A stretch of DNA of 64,000 nt, from NCBI GenBank assembly GCA_000004985.1, contig GG738855.1; one strand, written 5' to 3'. This stretch comes from Naegleria gruberi (taxonomy: Eukaryota). The notes beneath the pieces were generated by a model. It saw only the letters and a program-made list of their open reading frames with translations. It searched no databases and was not told where the DNA came from. The first letter of the stretch is position 1, and every line of letters starts with the position of its first letter. Both the position numbers and the translations under genes were made by a program. Of this stretch, positions 34,501-47,518 are shown in pieces.

Positions 34501-35897
34501 CACAATCAGCTTGTGACGAATTACATTTAACTGATAATGATCTTTTGTCTGTTGCTGTAAATAGAATGAATGATGCCTCGACATTTGATCAAGCACCTGA
34601 GGATTATATTTTCTGCTATGCTGCTGATAAAGACCACAATCAAAACCAATATTGGTTAATGGTTTTCCTTGAAGTTGTCACCAGTTACCACAAGGATAGT
34701 CTTCATTTTAACATGGATAAGGTTGTGTATAATACCCTTCTAGAGTTGTATCTTCAATTTTGGTCAAAAGAAAATTCTGTGAATACAACTTCAAAGGTAA
34801 TTAATAATGAGGAAAATGCTGATGAAGGATTCAGTATTACAAATGGACAATATTATGATTATAAGGGAGAAGGTTTAGGTGTTAATAGTCCTACCGAAAA
34901 TATTTATATACCTCGTGTAGATGAAAGTAACGACTTTTACAAAGTCTATCCAGTTCACTCAACTGATATTAGTACATCTTATAGAGGAAAAATAATGGAC
35001 ATTTTACAACAAAGATCATATGGTGATGATTCAAAACCAAAATATGATCGTGAACATGCCCTAGTTTTGGTTCAATCCTCTAAATTTAGAGAAGGTATTC
35101 TCTATCTGTATCAAGTTTTGGGATTACATTACGATATTATTCAATACCATATGGATAAAGATGGTGTGGATCCAGATAGAAAATTCCAAGATATTTTATC
35201 AAGATGTAGAGAAAAGGAGTGTAGAGATGATAGAAATGTTTGGATACAAGCTTTGTCTTTCTATGCTAAGGGTCCTGGAAGTGAGGAACCAAATGCTGAA
35301 AAGTATCTTACATCTCTACTAGATGAAATTAAGGATAACGACGTAATTCCTCCACTCATGGTTGTTGACATTCTTTGTCAAAATGGTAAAATCAAACTCT
35401 CCACTATCAAGCAATATCTCCAAATCAAACTTAAATCTGAACAAGAAAGTATCAAAGATCAAACAACAACCATCAAGGAATTACAAAAAGAAACTCAAAA
35501 ACTCAGTTATGAAGTTGAAGAATTGAGAACAAGTGCTAAAATTTTCCAACTTACTCAATGCTCTTTCTGTAATTCTCAACTTGATTTACCAGCTGTTCAC
35601 TTTATGTGTATGCACAGTTATCACCAACGTTGTTTGGAGAAGGATGAATGTCCAAAATGTGCAGAAAAGAACAAGTCTCACCTCAATGAAATGGAAGTTC
35701 TCAAACGTGCCAAAGAATCAGGAGGAAGATACAATCCTGGCTCTTTAAGTAAGCAAGAACAACGTGATAACTTCTTCAAGAGACTCGCTACTAATGGTTT
35801 TAGTGTTGTAGCAAGAGAGTTTGGTATGGGAACTATTGGCTCCAGTATTGCCGGACACGAATTGAATCCTTACGATGATTATGATGACAAATTGTAA
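31521..35897 (+). CDS. VPS11: VPS11 (HOPS/CORVET core subunit) with C-terminal RING-H2.
   Basis: PSYVIRKFLDSQKNAFLIQYLLKLH...HTTLLLNCF matches the VPS11 clathrin-heavy-chain-repeat block. C-terminal CSFCNSQLDLPAVHFMCMHSYHQRCL is a RING-H2. Confidence 0.8.
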   Translation: MMMSTQTTPSLPLRSSRSNNKKQPFSNIFTFFDHSRLDGWQKKSKVFHHPQIANLLPQGVQTGITTGSKTSKEKNSIPTGNNTTSSSASAIIQQHSVLSVLYSSTSALDSQRLDKSNITSVAASKNILFFSDDHGNIHTIDTHKKEHTCFVGIFSKSLNSIRVVTPKSGTEYKTDGKYANSNDEQKVKSNYLIAVGTDYNLSSLTRSENGDGDKTSNEEFVVSQSLQKEAILQEEVKIKVFEWKGAFKNSDLLSIPKSEIILPKYDKEDKIINSIDQFEVTTDLKYLAIPRGKYVYLYNDVGKRNTTNNQTGGVVSSTKSTSSTSFFNFGSSNDKRAPTIQALPSNSSINSLGFLSNQDKQGNWVLYATDKNDVYRWDLARSLGSGFVKIPLSSSTLVSSANQNNTNQDGTVVNFVGNSDPIEYGCTCTSTPFFASSFLEHQDAKYNSHSRGLHNQNMLYDTTIGKYHSAFIVLKGDEIHAFKYNHNPNVPITSNSDNAANTNDKIVKLPPSHASHHNQSIVRRKLFWYQNYLGMARVENNTPSSVYGSVNSKKGNVVLNMYDLNNTYITYDFRTQNLHMANNMSTQNGSAPQGNNAVSTIERNRKYQFIDIVPVFQQGVDTGTIFLIVKREGPMGKEAGSENFIYQLKEKPPQSKLELLIKKYQYRYAIELAKTIQQLDYDAFNSETRRKYGDYLFSQGRYQQAVRQYMQTIPLVEPSYVIRKFLDSQKNAFLIQYLLKLHLERKNNRDHTTLLLNCFMRLDDHSEEQIQLMTNPSGIGANLASRDSKDIMGMDMLMDDDDDAQDDTGMEEEEVEAQLMAKFMELVDGRDKSKIFEEFIHPKNAKLLNYDVETAIKVLRENGFRDEALKLAESTAPLFNNNPEKQRILNDWIIRIYIEDFGKWNENPKMPEYKLNFKKALRHIESLSLDQSKEFMRRYGKKLVANLPERSTNLLIRMCINYRPIPAKKQVNGLIPQMTEVADNIDDKRRIFLTQSACDELHLTDNDLLSVAVNRMNDASTFDQAPEDYIFCYAADKDHNQNQYWLMVFLEVVTSYHKDSLHFNMDKVVYNTLLELYLQFWSKENSVNTTSKVINNEENADEGFSITNGQYYDYKGEGLGVNSPTENIYIPRVDESNDFYKVYPVHSTDISTSYRGKIMDILQQRSYGDDSKPKYDREHALVLVQSSKFREGILYLYQVLGLHYDIIQYHMDKDGVDPDRKFQDILSRCREKECRDDRNVWIQALSFYAKGPGSEEPNAEKYLTSLLDEIKDNDVIPPLMVVDILCQNGKIKLSTIKQYLQIKLKSEQESIKDQTTTIKELQKETQKLSYEVEELRTSAKIFQLTQCSFCNSQLDLPAVHFMCMHSYHQRCLEKDECPKCAEKNKSHLNEMEVLKRAKESGGRYNPGSLSKQEQRDNFFKRLATNGFSVVAREFGMGTIGSSIAGHELNPYDDYDDKL

Positions 35898-36006
35898 ACA
35901 AAAACCCTAACTGTCCATAAAATCGTCACACAAATTATCATACGTGTTTTCAGCTTCTCTACATTAAAAATAAATTAAATAAATCCAATTCAAAATTAAA
36001 AAAAAT

Positions 36007-36684
36007 ATGTTCTCTTGGTCTAATCGTTTGAGTAGCATCATCACCGATGCAATTTCGATATTAGGATTGATGGCCATTTGTTACGGAGCCTCATCATACT
36101 TTTTGGCAACAAAACCAAGTGATATGGATATTAGTGTAAAAGTGAAACAATTACTTAAATTGTAAGTGATGAGGATTGATCATCGGAAATATTTAAATTA
36201 TTTATTATGCAGCAACCGATTAGATTATGTTCGTAATTATAGCCCAGATAGAGCTGCTTTCGTATTTGATTTTGATTCAAATTTGACACCACTTTTCCAT
36301 TGGAATGTTAAAGTACTTCATGTAATGCTCTATGCAGAATATAAAACAGATTCCAATGAATTAAATCAGGTAATTTTATGGGATGATATTTTGGAAAGAA
36401 AATACCTTTTGGAAGGAAGACAATCAGCTCATTTAAGATATGGTTTTTTGAATGGAAAATATACATTGATTGATTATGGAAATGAATTAAGAGACAAGAC
36501 TATCACTTTGAAATTGAGGTGGAATGTTGTGCCATATGTTGGACTTCTTTATGATCAAGAAGATGTTGTTGGACAATACTTACTTCCAAAACAATATAAG
36601 AGAAGTGGTCCAGAAAGAGCCAAAGTTGTCTATGATGAAACCTACGATGAGGAATTGATTCGATCTCATTTCAGTCAACAATAA
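36007..36684 (+). CDS. SPCS3: Signal peptidase complex subunit 3 (SPCS3/Spc3), 2 exons: join(36007..36161, 36213..36684).
   Basis: FHWNVKVLHVMLYAEYKTDSNELNQVILWDDIL matches the SPCS3 core. N-terminal TM anchor in exon 1. Intron 36162..36212 (GTAAGT...GCAG). Confidence 0.8.
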
Positions 36685-36718
36685 GACTATGTACTATTGA
36701 ATAAAAAATGTATTTATT

Positions 36719-39700
36719 TTACATGACAATAGCAAACAAGGATAAAAGTAAAGTAATGACATGTGAAACACCAATCTTAGAACTTGCACCTATTACTGTA
36801 CTCTTGATTGGGTCAACTGTTGTTTCAGAAGTAACAATATAGGTACCAGTGCTAGAGACTGAAGCTGTGATTGTACCATCACTATTGGTGTTAACAGTAC
36901 AACCTGAAGTAGTTGAATAGGTGTTTGTTGTTGGATTAAGAACCTTACACTTGTAAGTTGTTCCCAAAGTGCTTCTCTTCTTGATAGTTCCAAATACTAA
37001 ATTGGCAATAGAATTACTATCAGAAACAGAGATTGCACTACTATCAACCAATTTGAAGTCAATAGCCTTTGTAACTGTATTATTGACATCTACTACATCC
37101 ATAATCTTGGCAACTACGCTTACAGTCTTGAGAGCTGCAATTTGGCTCAATTGAGCAAATTTGGAAGACAACTTGATCATATTGTTCCCAAGAATCTTTT
37201 CAGAGAGTGAGTTCAAGGTAGCAACGTTTACCTTACGAGTAAGAGTTGTAACTCCACCAGCATTAACAATTGTAGAAGGCAAGTCAGCTACAGTATCCTT
37301 GACTGATAATGAGGCCAAAGAATCATAAACAGAGTTAATATTAGTCAAGTCAACCTTACTAAAAACCCTCTTTCTTTGGATATTCTTTTGAATAACATCC
37401 AGGAACTTGTCAGCAGACTTTCTAACATTCTCAATCATTTCAGCACTGATACTAATTCCGTTCGTATAAACAGAAGAGGCAGTAGAAGAGAGTTTTTCAA
37501 CAACCTTCGAAGTAGTACTATCCGGTACAACTCCAGAAGCAACGGAGGCACTGAATGAAGATGTGAAAGAGAAACCATTTTCAGCAGAAGTCTTTGAAAC
37601 AGATGTAATACTTTCAGTCTTGGTTTGTTGTTCTAGGAATGAATTGGCAATTGCAGCAGCAGCTTGCTTGATTGAATCAATTTGTTCAGAGTTGAGCTTT
37701 GAAATATCAACACTACTGATGACTGACATGGCTGATGAGGCTGCTGACAAGGTAACTGTACCCTTTGATGAAGCAATTGAAGATAAGGCAGAAACAGATT
37801 CTTCAGCAGTTGGTTTGGTAATTGTTACATCAAATGTTGAATATGAAGATGCTCCCAAAGAATCATATACAATTGCCTTAACAGTCAAAACATTACCAGA
37901 AGTTGGTTGAGGAAGAAGAATACTTGTTGATGGTTCTTCAGTTCTGTCAGTCAAAGCATTCCACTTACTATTGGTCTTATCATAATACATGAATTGATAG
38001 GTTAATGGGGTTTGAGGATCTGACCAACCATTACCACATTTGAGATCGAAAATATCACTCAATGCTTTACCACTTGTTGGATAAACATCAAATTGACCTT
38101 GAGTTGGAGGAGAATTAACAGTGAATGAAACCTTAGCTGAACCTTCCTTTACACCATCAGTTACTTTCAATGAGACAGTGTAGGAATCACCAGGAGAAAG
38201 CAAACTTGATGGAATTTTCAAATAACTCAAAGTAGTTGTAGCATTAGAGTCAAGAGCAAAGTTTTCAGCTGTCCAAACAAATGATGGATTTGACAACAAT
38301 ACACCCCAAGTTGTGTAGGTCAAGAATAAATCCTTTGATGGATCAACAACGCTCAAATCAACATTGGAAGTAATAGAAACCTTGAGAAGAGAATCTTTAG
38401 CTTGATCAAGAAGAGTAACATACAAGTAGCGAGTGGCCTTTCTTGATCCCTTAGATACAGTTGCAGTGAACATATAGGAACCAGAAGAGAACTTATCACT
38501 GGTGAATGTTTCAACAGAACCTGGTTGAATGGAGCAATCTTTACCATTAGTCAAATCATAACAGGTGGTATTAATGACTTGGGAATCGGTGGTTCCACTA
38601 GGGTCAACAACCTTAACAGTGAAAGAAATTGGGTCATGAACAGATTGGACAATATCATCAATAGAGAAGGAAAGAGACAATGGTTGGGCAATAGCTGTAA
38701 CTTTGAAAGATATTGAGACTGCATCAGCTCCATTAGCAGTTGCCTTGACAATAAAGTAATAATCACCTTCTTGATTGATTTCTGTGAATGTCTTTCCTAA
38801 AACCAATAAACCATTCTTTACAACAGGTACTACAGCAGCCTTTGAAAGAGAACTGTCTAATGAGTATTCATATTGAACACCACCATTGCCTCCATAACAA
38901 ACTGGATATTTGATAATTGGTGTAATGGTAGATACTGAACCAATCATGAATTTACTTTCAGAACCTTGTTTAATGGTAACTGAAGGAACAGCACTAGTAA
39001 TTAAAGAGAACGCAAATGTCTTGCTGTCTGATTTTCCAAACTTACTGGTGACAGTAACTTGAACAACATAAGTACCAGTTGACAAACCAAGTCCGCTAAA
39101 TTTGATTCTCAAACCACCTCTAACTTCAGCCTTAATGAGATTTGAAAGAGTTTCCATATCTGTAGTGGTTGGACCTGACTTAACTGACCAAGTAAAGTTC
39201 AATGGACGACGATCCAATGAAACTGAACCATAAGCATTTAAGAATAAATCATCACAAGATGAAACAACATTCTTATCACCAATAAGTGAGGAAGTCGGTG
39301 TGGAAGCAATAAAGGAACCACTCAAAACTTCAACATTAATAGTTTCCTTACTTCCTGGATATTTGAATGCCTTAAGAGTGTTACCGTCAACCAAATCAGC
39401 ATTTGGTCCTAAAATAACTTCCAATGAACTCTTTTCAGAGCTAAACAGACACTTGGATTGATCACCAAATTTAGAAACATCTTGGAATACTTGATTACAT
39501 GGAAGTGGTCTCTTGAGGGTTGAGTAAACAGTTGCTGTAAGTTTGTCACCATTGGCATTGAATTTAAGGGAGGTATTATCGAATTTGTAATCACAATCAT
39601 CACCTTCAAATCCATTAATGCATTTACCAGGAGCACACTTGGCAAATGGATCAGCATTAACATTCTTACATTCACAAGATCCATCACTCTTACAAGATCC

Positions 39701-42700
39701 TCCATTACAAGTTTGTGGACTACAAGAAATTGAACAATTACCACCAACCCATCCATCAATACACTTATCACAGAAATTACCAGCATATTTATCAAAACAA
39801 GCACACTTTAAACCTTGACATTTACCTTTTCCACCACATGTACCTACATCTGTACAAACTTGTTCTTGGCAACTTGTTCCCTTAAATGCTGGACTACAAC
39901 TTGAACAATCTTGAGCTCCGTTCCAAGCAGTTTCACAGGCACATGAGTTTGCAGAAATACACTTACCGTGTCCGCCACATACTTGAGCACTAGCTCTATC
40001 AATACCAAAACATGAGTATAATTGACAAGAAGAGCCACTGAAACCAGATAAACATAGACAAGTGTTTGGTCCTTGGCATGATCCCTTTCCATTACATACT
40101 GATCTATCAGTAGCTGGAGTATTGAAACAAATAGGAATTTCACAATTAGCACCAGTATATCCAGCTTTACATTTCAAACAGAAGGTGCTTGGCTCAAAGT
40201 TACCTCTACATTGACAAACATCAATATCAGTACATTTACCATTAAATGAACAACCACCAGCTTGTTCGGTCTTTCCATTACAAGTTGGAGCTTCACATTG
40301 AGCACCAGCATATCCCTTACATTGGCATGTATCGGGAGAAATACATGTACCCTTTCGGTTGCAAACTTTAGAGTCAGATGAAGCTAATCCAAAGCACATT
40401 GGTAAGTTACATTGTTCACCAGTGTAACCAGCAAAACAAGTGCAAGTATTCTTATCAATACATTTTCCATTGGATGAACAAACAGAGGCATCCTTAATAC
40501 CCTTGCCGAAACAAGTTGTAGTATTTGAAACATATACACCAGGAGTACAACCTGATGTTGCGAACCTTGCACAAAAGAGTTCCTTAGTAGTGTTCAAGCT
40601 TTCAGCTTGGTCAACCAAAATTTCACAAGCATTCTTACAGAGTGCAAGTGAGGTTTGAGTGGTGTTTTGGCATGTATTGAAAATTGAATAACAACTATAT
40701 CTCTTCACTTCCTTAATACAACTTAAAGATGTACAACTGGAGAATTGTTGTAAGAGTGAGTTGGCATTACTTTTAGCCAAATTATCCCTTTCACGAACAA
40801 AGTTGTTCATTTTAGAATCAAATTCTGCCTTATTACTGAAAGAAACATTGCTTGGAGAGTATGTCATGCTATACAATGAAGGAGCAACACCAACACCAAA
40901 ACAGAAAGGACTAGTTTGAGAACTCATTGCAACAACGCATTCACCTTTAGGCATGAATGAAGAGCAGTCCGATCCTGTAAATCCTTCAGCACAAGCACAT
41001 GAGTTTGGAGCATTACATTGTCCACCATTCTTACAGGTGGTAGAACAAATTGGATCTTGGCACTGATTACCTCCATATCCTTCTTGACATTTACAAACAT
41101 TATCTGCTATACAGCTTCCTCTACCATAACAAACATTTGAACTTGTTTCTTGTAAACCAAAACAAGTATAATGCTTCTTTTCACAATTAGTTCCGTAATA
41201 GTTGATAGCACAATTGCATGCTCCATTGACACAGTTACCATTGTTACATTTAACATTTAAACATGGATCGACAACTGGTGTTGGTGTCGGAATTTCACAT
41301 TGGGAAATAGAATAGACTGCCTTTGAAACACAGTTTCGTGACATATTACAATATACACAACTGGATTCAGCTCTACAATTATCAATAGAATTGTCATAGA
41401 CATTGCAATTGACTTGTGTTGTTGGACAAACTTTTGTCTTGGCAGTACAAGTATTAGATGAGCTACACCATTGACAGGTAGAATCAGACAAACAGCTTGA
41501 CATGGCTGTCGCACTGCAAGCACCTTGAGCTGGGCATGTTGACATTTTACCTTGCAAACAGGATTGAGAAATTGGGCACCATTTACACAAATCGTCAACA
41601 CATCCACTAGCTGAGATACCACCACAATTATAGAAGAAGGTTGAGCATGATCCTTCGCCACTACTTTGCAAACTACCTGCTTGTGGATAATAGTACACTT
41701 GATTCATAGCATCAGTAACAATAAAGATATAGTTTCTACAAGTACCAGAAGAAATCTTTGAAATGGATAATCCAAATGTACCAAATTGAGATTTTGGATC
41801 ATCTCCATATGGATGCAATAATTTCATGTTATACAAAGTGCCATCCAAACTCAATTTGACAGTTGGTGCTAAACCTTTAGAGTTTTGTGTAGCATTATAG
41901 ACAGTGACCATGAATGTGATATGGGTTGTATTTAAGAAAAAGTGAGTACCAGAGCTAACAATTGATGTAATGTTTTGAGTGCCTGTGGCATAATTGACAG
42001 TCCACTTGTTTGACTTGAAACCAGAACCAACAACTCTATAGGAATTATTCATGATTGTTGATCTAGAGGTGCTAGTTTCAAACCATTTCTTAACTGTTGC
42101 TACAGCATTTGTTTCAGTATTACCGATAACTTCTCCAATTTGAGTTGAAGGTTCAGTATAATAATTTCTAACACGAGATTCCATATTATTCCATCCATTA
42201 CAGTCATTATCACTGAAACAATCATTAGTGTTCATGTCAGTGGAATGGGATCTTGCAGCTCTGTCTAATTCATAGTGTTCGTACAATGGGTCGACAGCAG
42301 ATTGACTCAAAGATGATAAACCTGTATAGGCAGTAGCAAATGTTGCAGGACTCATTCTAGCAACATTTACCAAGGTAGTAACTTGTCTTTCTTCCCAACT
42401 TGGAGTTCCATAAAATACTGAACCATACCATAAGAATGAATTGATATACATCGGATTACCATATTTTTTAAGGATACAACCAACAGTTGGAAGCCACCAA
42501 CAATCCACTGAATTTGTGTACAAACATTCACTCTTTGTGGTAGTAGCTGTGCAAGTGCTCATTCTGAAACAAGCACCAGAGGGACTTAAAGGAGCACAAT
42601 TTTGAGTATATGAACACCACTAATGTGAAGACAATTAAGATTGATTAAATAAACAAAAATACTTACTTGACACGTGTTGTCACTGGTACAAGTATCAGCG

Positions 42701-45700
42701 AATGTACCATTACATTTACCTTGAGGATTGCACTCCTTACTCTTATGTGAACAACTAAGAGATAATGGACACCAATTACATTGAGCGTCAGCCAAACAAG
42801 TAGATGCAGAACTGTATGAGCAAGCACTTTGTGGTATACACATTGTACTTGCTTGCTCACAAGTTTGTGTTGATGGGCATACCTTACATTGAGGATTTGT
42901 ACAGTTTGAAATTGAAAAACCATTACAAACTAGTGGTGCTGAACAAGGTTGATCGAGAGGCGTACAATATGACCCAGAGGAACACCAGTGACATGACAAA
43001 TCTGAATTACATGAATTCATATCGTTTGAAACACAAGAGCTTTGTTTCTTGCAAGTTGTTGAACTATATTCACAACTTTGAGTGGAATTGCACCAAACAC
43101 AAGTAGCGTCGGTTTGACAAGAATCGGCAGTAAGACCATCACATGGTGCTTGGTTTTGTGATGGTACAACAGCGTTCTCATCCAAAGTAGCATAAATGTA
43201 ACCATTGGCATTGATATCCTTAACATAAACATTGTAAGAATAGGTAACACCTTTCAATGTGGCAGAAAGTGAATAAGTTCCAACAGCAGAAACAACTGAT
43301 TTAGTTGATACATCAGAGGTGCCGTAAACTGAGCTCAAATCTCTTGGACTTGGGGAAAGATTAGAAACAGCTCCAGTAATAGTTGAGACACTTTGGAAAA
43401 CTCTGATATTTCTAACAGATACTTCACAGAGTGGAGCATAGACTTGAATGAATTGAATCTTCTTGTTGTAGGATGTGACATCTGATCCAATCGTAGAAAT
43501 TCTAATACCATTCCATGCGCCAGTCAAAACTTTACTAGTTGAGGAGGCAGCCTTACAACCTGGACACCATGAAGTAGCATTACCATAAATGATATATTGA
43601 ATACCACTAATGTATGAATTTGGAGCTAATCCAATACCAAACATGGCACATTTTCCTTGAATCATGTATTCCAATTCAATTTCGGCAGTATTAGATAAAG
43701 TCATCTTGTTGTGAATATTAAATTGGGCAACTCTGTATAAATAAACAGTTGCTAAATTGATAATAGAGTAATCTCTCCCACTAATAAGTGAAGGGTTGAA
43801 AAGTGAAATAGTTGATGCATGCATGTGAGCAGTTAAGTGAACTGCCTTTCCTGATGGGGCTGGTCTCATTACTAGTTGTATTTGATGACTCTTATCATCA
43901 ACTATAGTAATTGTAAGAACAGGGAGTGAGGTAAATAACTCTTCATAATAAGATGAATATGAACTGAAAGCGTATGGGCCAAGTGAGTCTTTAACAATTG
44001 AAACAAATGTATGGACACCAGCTAAACTGAAATTAGTGCCTGTTGTTGGAATGGTTGTTTGAAGTTGATTGGAAAAAGCTGCATTATCCTTTGAGGTTGC
44101 AATTTTCTCATTCCACATAATATACCAACCTGTATAATTACCAGTTGTACCCAAGTTAAGAGTTGCTGAAAGACTCTTTCCGCCAACAGTACTCAATGTC
44201 AAACCAGTAATTCCACAAGTTGCTTTCCAATTCCATTCTAAAGGTCTATAATTTTGACCATTACTGTTTGAAAATACAAAGAAGGCATATTGCTGACCAC
44301 TAGGTCCATAGAAAGGTTCTTGATGGTGGAGTGGAACAAAACCTTCGTCTTGGAACCAATCAGTCATATAAATAGGTGAAGAAAAGTGTACGATACTGGA
44401 GAATGGACCATTCAAAGCATATTCAAAGTTTGTGGTTAATCCGTTGCATGTTGTTAACTTTAAATCGGATGGGAATGGTACTTCGTAGTAATTCCATCCA
44501 ACCATTGGTGTGGCAATCGTGGTTGTATACATTGGATTTTCAGGAGCAGTTAAATCTTCAAATCTAATTTGAACTGAGGCAACACACTTTCCATTAGTGC
44601 AAGTACGTTTAGTCATTGTGATATATACTCTTCTAGATCCAGAGTCATCAAAAAAGGTAAATCCCAATCTCAATGGACTGAAACGATAATTATATTCCAT
44701 TTGATAAAGTGAATTAAGCATGTTTGTAGATGCACTACTATCAATTGCTCCAGTAATCATGTGAATTTCGACGGCTCCATACTTGAGCATAGATAAACCA
44801 CCGTCAATATTTCTGAATGAGACAACATAGGAGGTTCCTTGTGCAGGATCATGAGAAATCAATAAAGCCATGTTCTTTCCATAAGAACCAACTTCGTCAA
44901 ATGGGTAAATGTCATAAGTTCCAGGACTTGTAATGTTCATAATCATTGAATCATCAATATAGTTCACTAAACGCTTATGGATAAGGTTGTATTGTAAATT
45001 ACCATTACCCATAACATCATGTGGCTCATTCTGATTTACGCTGGAACAAGTATCTCCACCGTATGCTCTTGGTGTTGAGCACATTATGGAATTGGCATGT
45101 CCAAATCCAAAATTGTGACCAATCTTTTAGATATATTAATAAAAATTAGTTCAACAATAATAAACTTACTTCATGCAAAAAGACACGGTCACTAGTATAA
45201 CCACCGTTTAACCAAAATAGACCACGACTTCCACCTGATGTACCAACACCTCCCCAATTGTAAATAGTTGGGAATCTAATTTTCCATAAACACATGTCTA
45301 GTTTCAAACATAATTTTAACACTACAATAACTTACCCAATACCAAAGAAATCATAAGTATCAGCATCAATTCCATAATCACTCAATAACAAAGCCTTAGC
45401 TTCTTCCATCAACGCACTAGGACCACCTCCATCTTGTGGATACTTTGAGGATTCTTGACTCATTCTGAGAGGTCTATTTCAAAATTTAAAAGAAAAATTC
45501 AGTAAACAACATACCCTGGAATGAGAGTATAATTGACAATATTGAGCTGATTGAATGAACCAACCTTCAATGTGTTTGTTAAACTTGCAAATCGAGAATT
45601 AAGCTCATCAAATGTTGGCTTTGACACTCCTGCAACAGCAGGCTTATTGGACCAATCTAGCCAAGCAAATAACATTCTTCTATTTCCCTTATACAACGGA

Positions 45701-46104
45701 ACCTAATGTGTGTGAGTGAAAATACATAATAATATACTTACTCCAGGAGCTTCTCTTCTAACAATTGGGATTGAATTAATTAAGACTACTCTGTCATTGA
45801 CCTTATAGCCTTCAACACTAGATTGAGGAAAGCTTCTACGTGGAAATGGTTCACTCAAGGGAATTGCCTTATACATGTATCCACTGCCTTCGAGAATAAA
45901 TTCTCCATTACTCATGTACATTAATCTAGAGTTGGTAAAACGTTCCAGAGGAACATTGTTACTTGTTTTCAAATAGGATCTTGCTGCTTCAGGATTAGTG
46001 AGAGCAAGAGAAACCAAGTCTTCTACTTCCATTGTGCTGGACTCTATGAAAGAGGCAGCCAAAACGAAGAGTAGAAGCAATATAGCAAGAGCTTGTTGTT
46101 TCAT
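36719..46104 (-). CDS. Giant (~3050 aa) secreted zinc-metallopeptidase-like protein, M66/StcE/dictomallein-like metzincin (HEIGHNFGFGH), fused to PSI-like and EGF-like cysteine-repeat arrays, beta-rich Ser/Thr domains and a C-terminal hydrophobic GPI-like tail. 6 exons: join(45742..46104, 45515..45702, 45343..45473, 45170..45297, 42667..45123, 36719..42619).
   Basis: Signal peptide MKQQALAILLLLFVLAASF. The HExxHxxGxxH motif is split by intron 45124..45169. Small introns of 39-47 nt with GTAAGT/GTATGT donors keep one frame (total CDS 9168 nt). About 9 CxxxxxCxxC...CxWC PSI-like modules and about 14 CxCxxGYxGxxC EGF modules. The protein ends in GVSHVITLLLSLFAIVM. Confidence 0.7.
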
Positions 46105-46413
46105 TTTTCAATCTGTCTTTACACACTTCAGTATTAAGCAAGAGGCAATAAACATACAATTGTTTACAATGTATTTTGCCAAATTTCGCCATCAAAGATT
46201 AATCTGGATATCCGTGTGGAATGAAATCAATATTTGGTGTTCCGATTAATTATCTCTTATGGACCTCAATCGCTCAATGTATTTTTCAGAGTGGGCACTT
46301 GTTCAAATATGGTCCAATCTCTCTAGATGAAATTATTATAAATTATTCTCCAAGTCAAAAAGTCAATGAAGATTATCAATTATAGATGTTGTATTTTAAA
46401 TATTTGATATTTA

Positions 46414-47139
46414 CTATTTCTTTACTTTTGGTCTTTCATAATCAAATGGTTTTTCATACATGACCATATTAATTAACAAGAATAATGGTACAAAAAAGTA
46501 AATGGCATTAGTTCCAATCAAAACTGGGTGATAATTTTGATACTCGAAAATATAACTACTAATTATTGGAATTAAGGTAGTCATTGTATGGCTGTTTTCA
46601 TGATTTGAATAATTACTGATTGAAAATTACACATACCTGCAATAAATAATGAATGGAATTCTGCACCAATTGCTTCCAGCAATCAAGGCATAACAAGCAA
46701 CAAAAAAGAATGGTAATTGAAATAAAATCTCACAATGCACCAAACTCAAAAACCAAACAGGAAAAGTTTCCATCAATTTATCTACAAGTTCAGTAAAATT
46801 ATTATTTGTAAAAACGTACCTTGATAGGCATTAACCCAATTTTCAATAAAGAAATCTGTCACAGCCTTTGGTGGAAAATTTGGAAAGTGTGGAGAAAGAA
46901 CAGCCTATTAATTTTTCCATCATCATTCCGAAGCAAAATTTTGAATGATATTTAATCATCATTGTTGATTATATAAATATTAATTGTGAATTTAAATTAT
47001 TATCATCATATAATAGTAAAATAATACCTACTCTTGCATCAATGAAAATACTGGCTGGAATATGTGTCAAGAAATAGATAAAGAATAACAAATGCCATGG
47101 ACGAGCAAATATGGATGGAACGTAAGTATTGTTGGTCAT
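46414..47139 (-). CDS. TMEM97: TMEM97 / sigma-2 receptor (EXPERA domain) protein, 171 aa, 4 exons: join(47032..47139, 46820..46904, 46637..46781, 46414..46591).
   Basis: The spliced product closely matches the TMEM97 family ([48 protein letters not shown]). Introns 46905..47031, 46782..46819 and 46592..46636 have GT...AG ends and are frame-consistent. Confidence 0.8.
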
Positions 47140-47518
47140 TTTTTATTTAAAATGTTAAAAATATTAAATTTGAGCGGGTAATCATTAATAAGTCTTATTA
47201 AAATCACACCAAATATAAAAACTGTAGATAAGCATGTACAAAAATGAAAAATCACCAAGTTAACAAACTAATATTTCTTGACATGTTGGTGAGCCAAATT
47301 TCAAGCCCAACGATTACCTTTACAATAATTTACAGTTCAATGAAGAAAGATTCTTCCAAAACAAAGTTGAAATGGGATTTTTTGGTCCAAAAATAACGCT
47401 ACATTTCACAATTCCACACCCACTGTCACGTTTAAAAGCACCAACACCATGAATAAAATAGTATTAATACAATTCAAAAAAAAACAATTCTAAATAATAT
47501 TAATCCACTCGAGTAAAG

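Noticed and set aside
36793-45084. Numerous 60-130 aa antisense or out-of-frame ORFs inside the giant zincin-EGF gene and other large genes (16475..16888, 39409..39804, 41257..41661 and others).
   Set aside because: They are embedded in long conserved coding frames on the opposite strand or in another frame, have no motifs, and are typical artefacts of long AT-biased CDSs.
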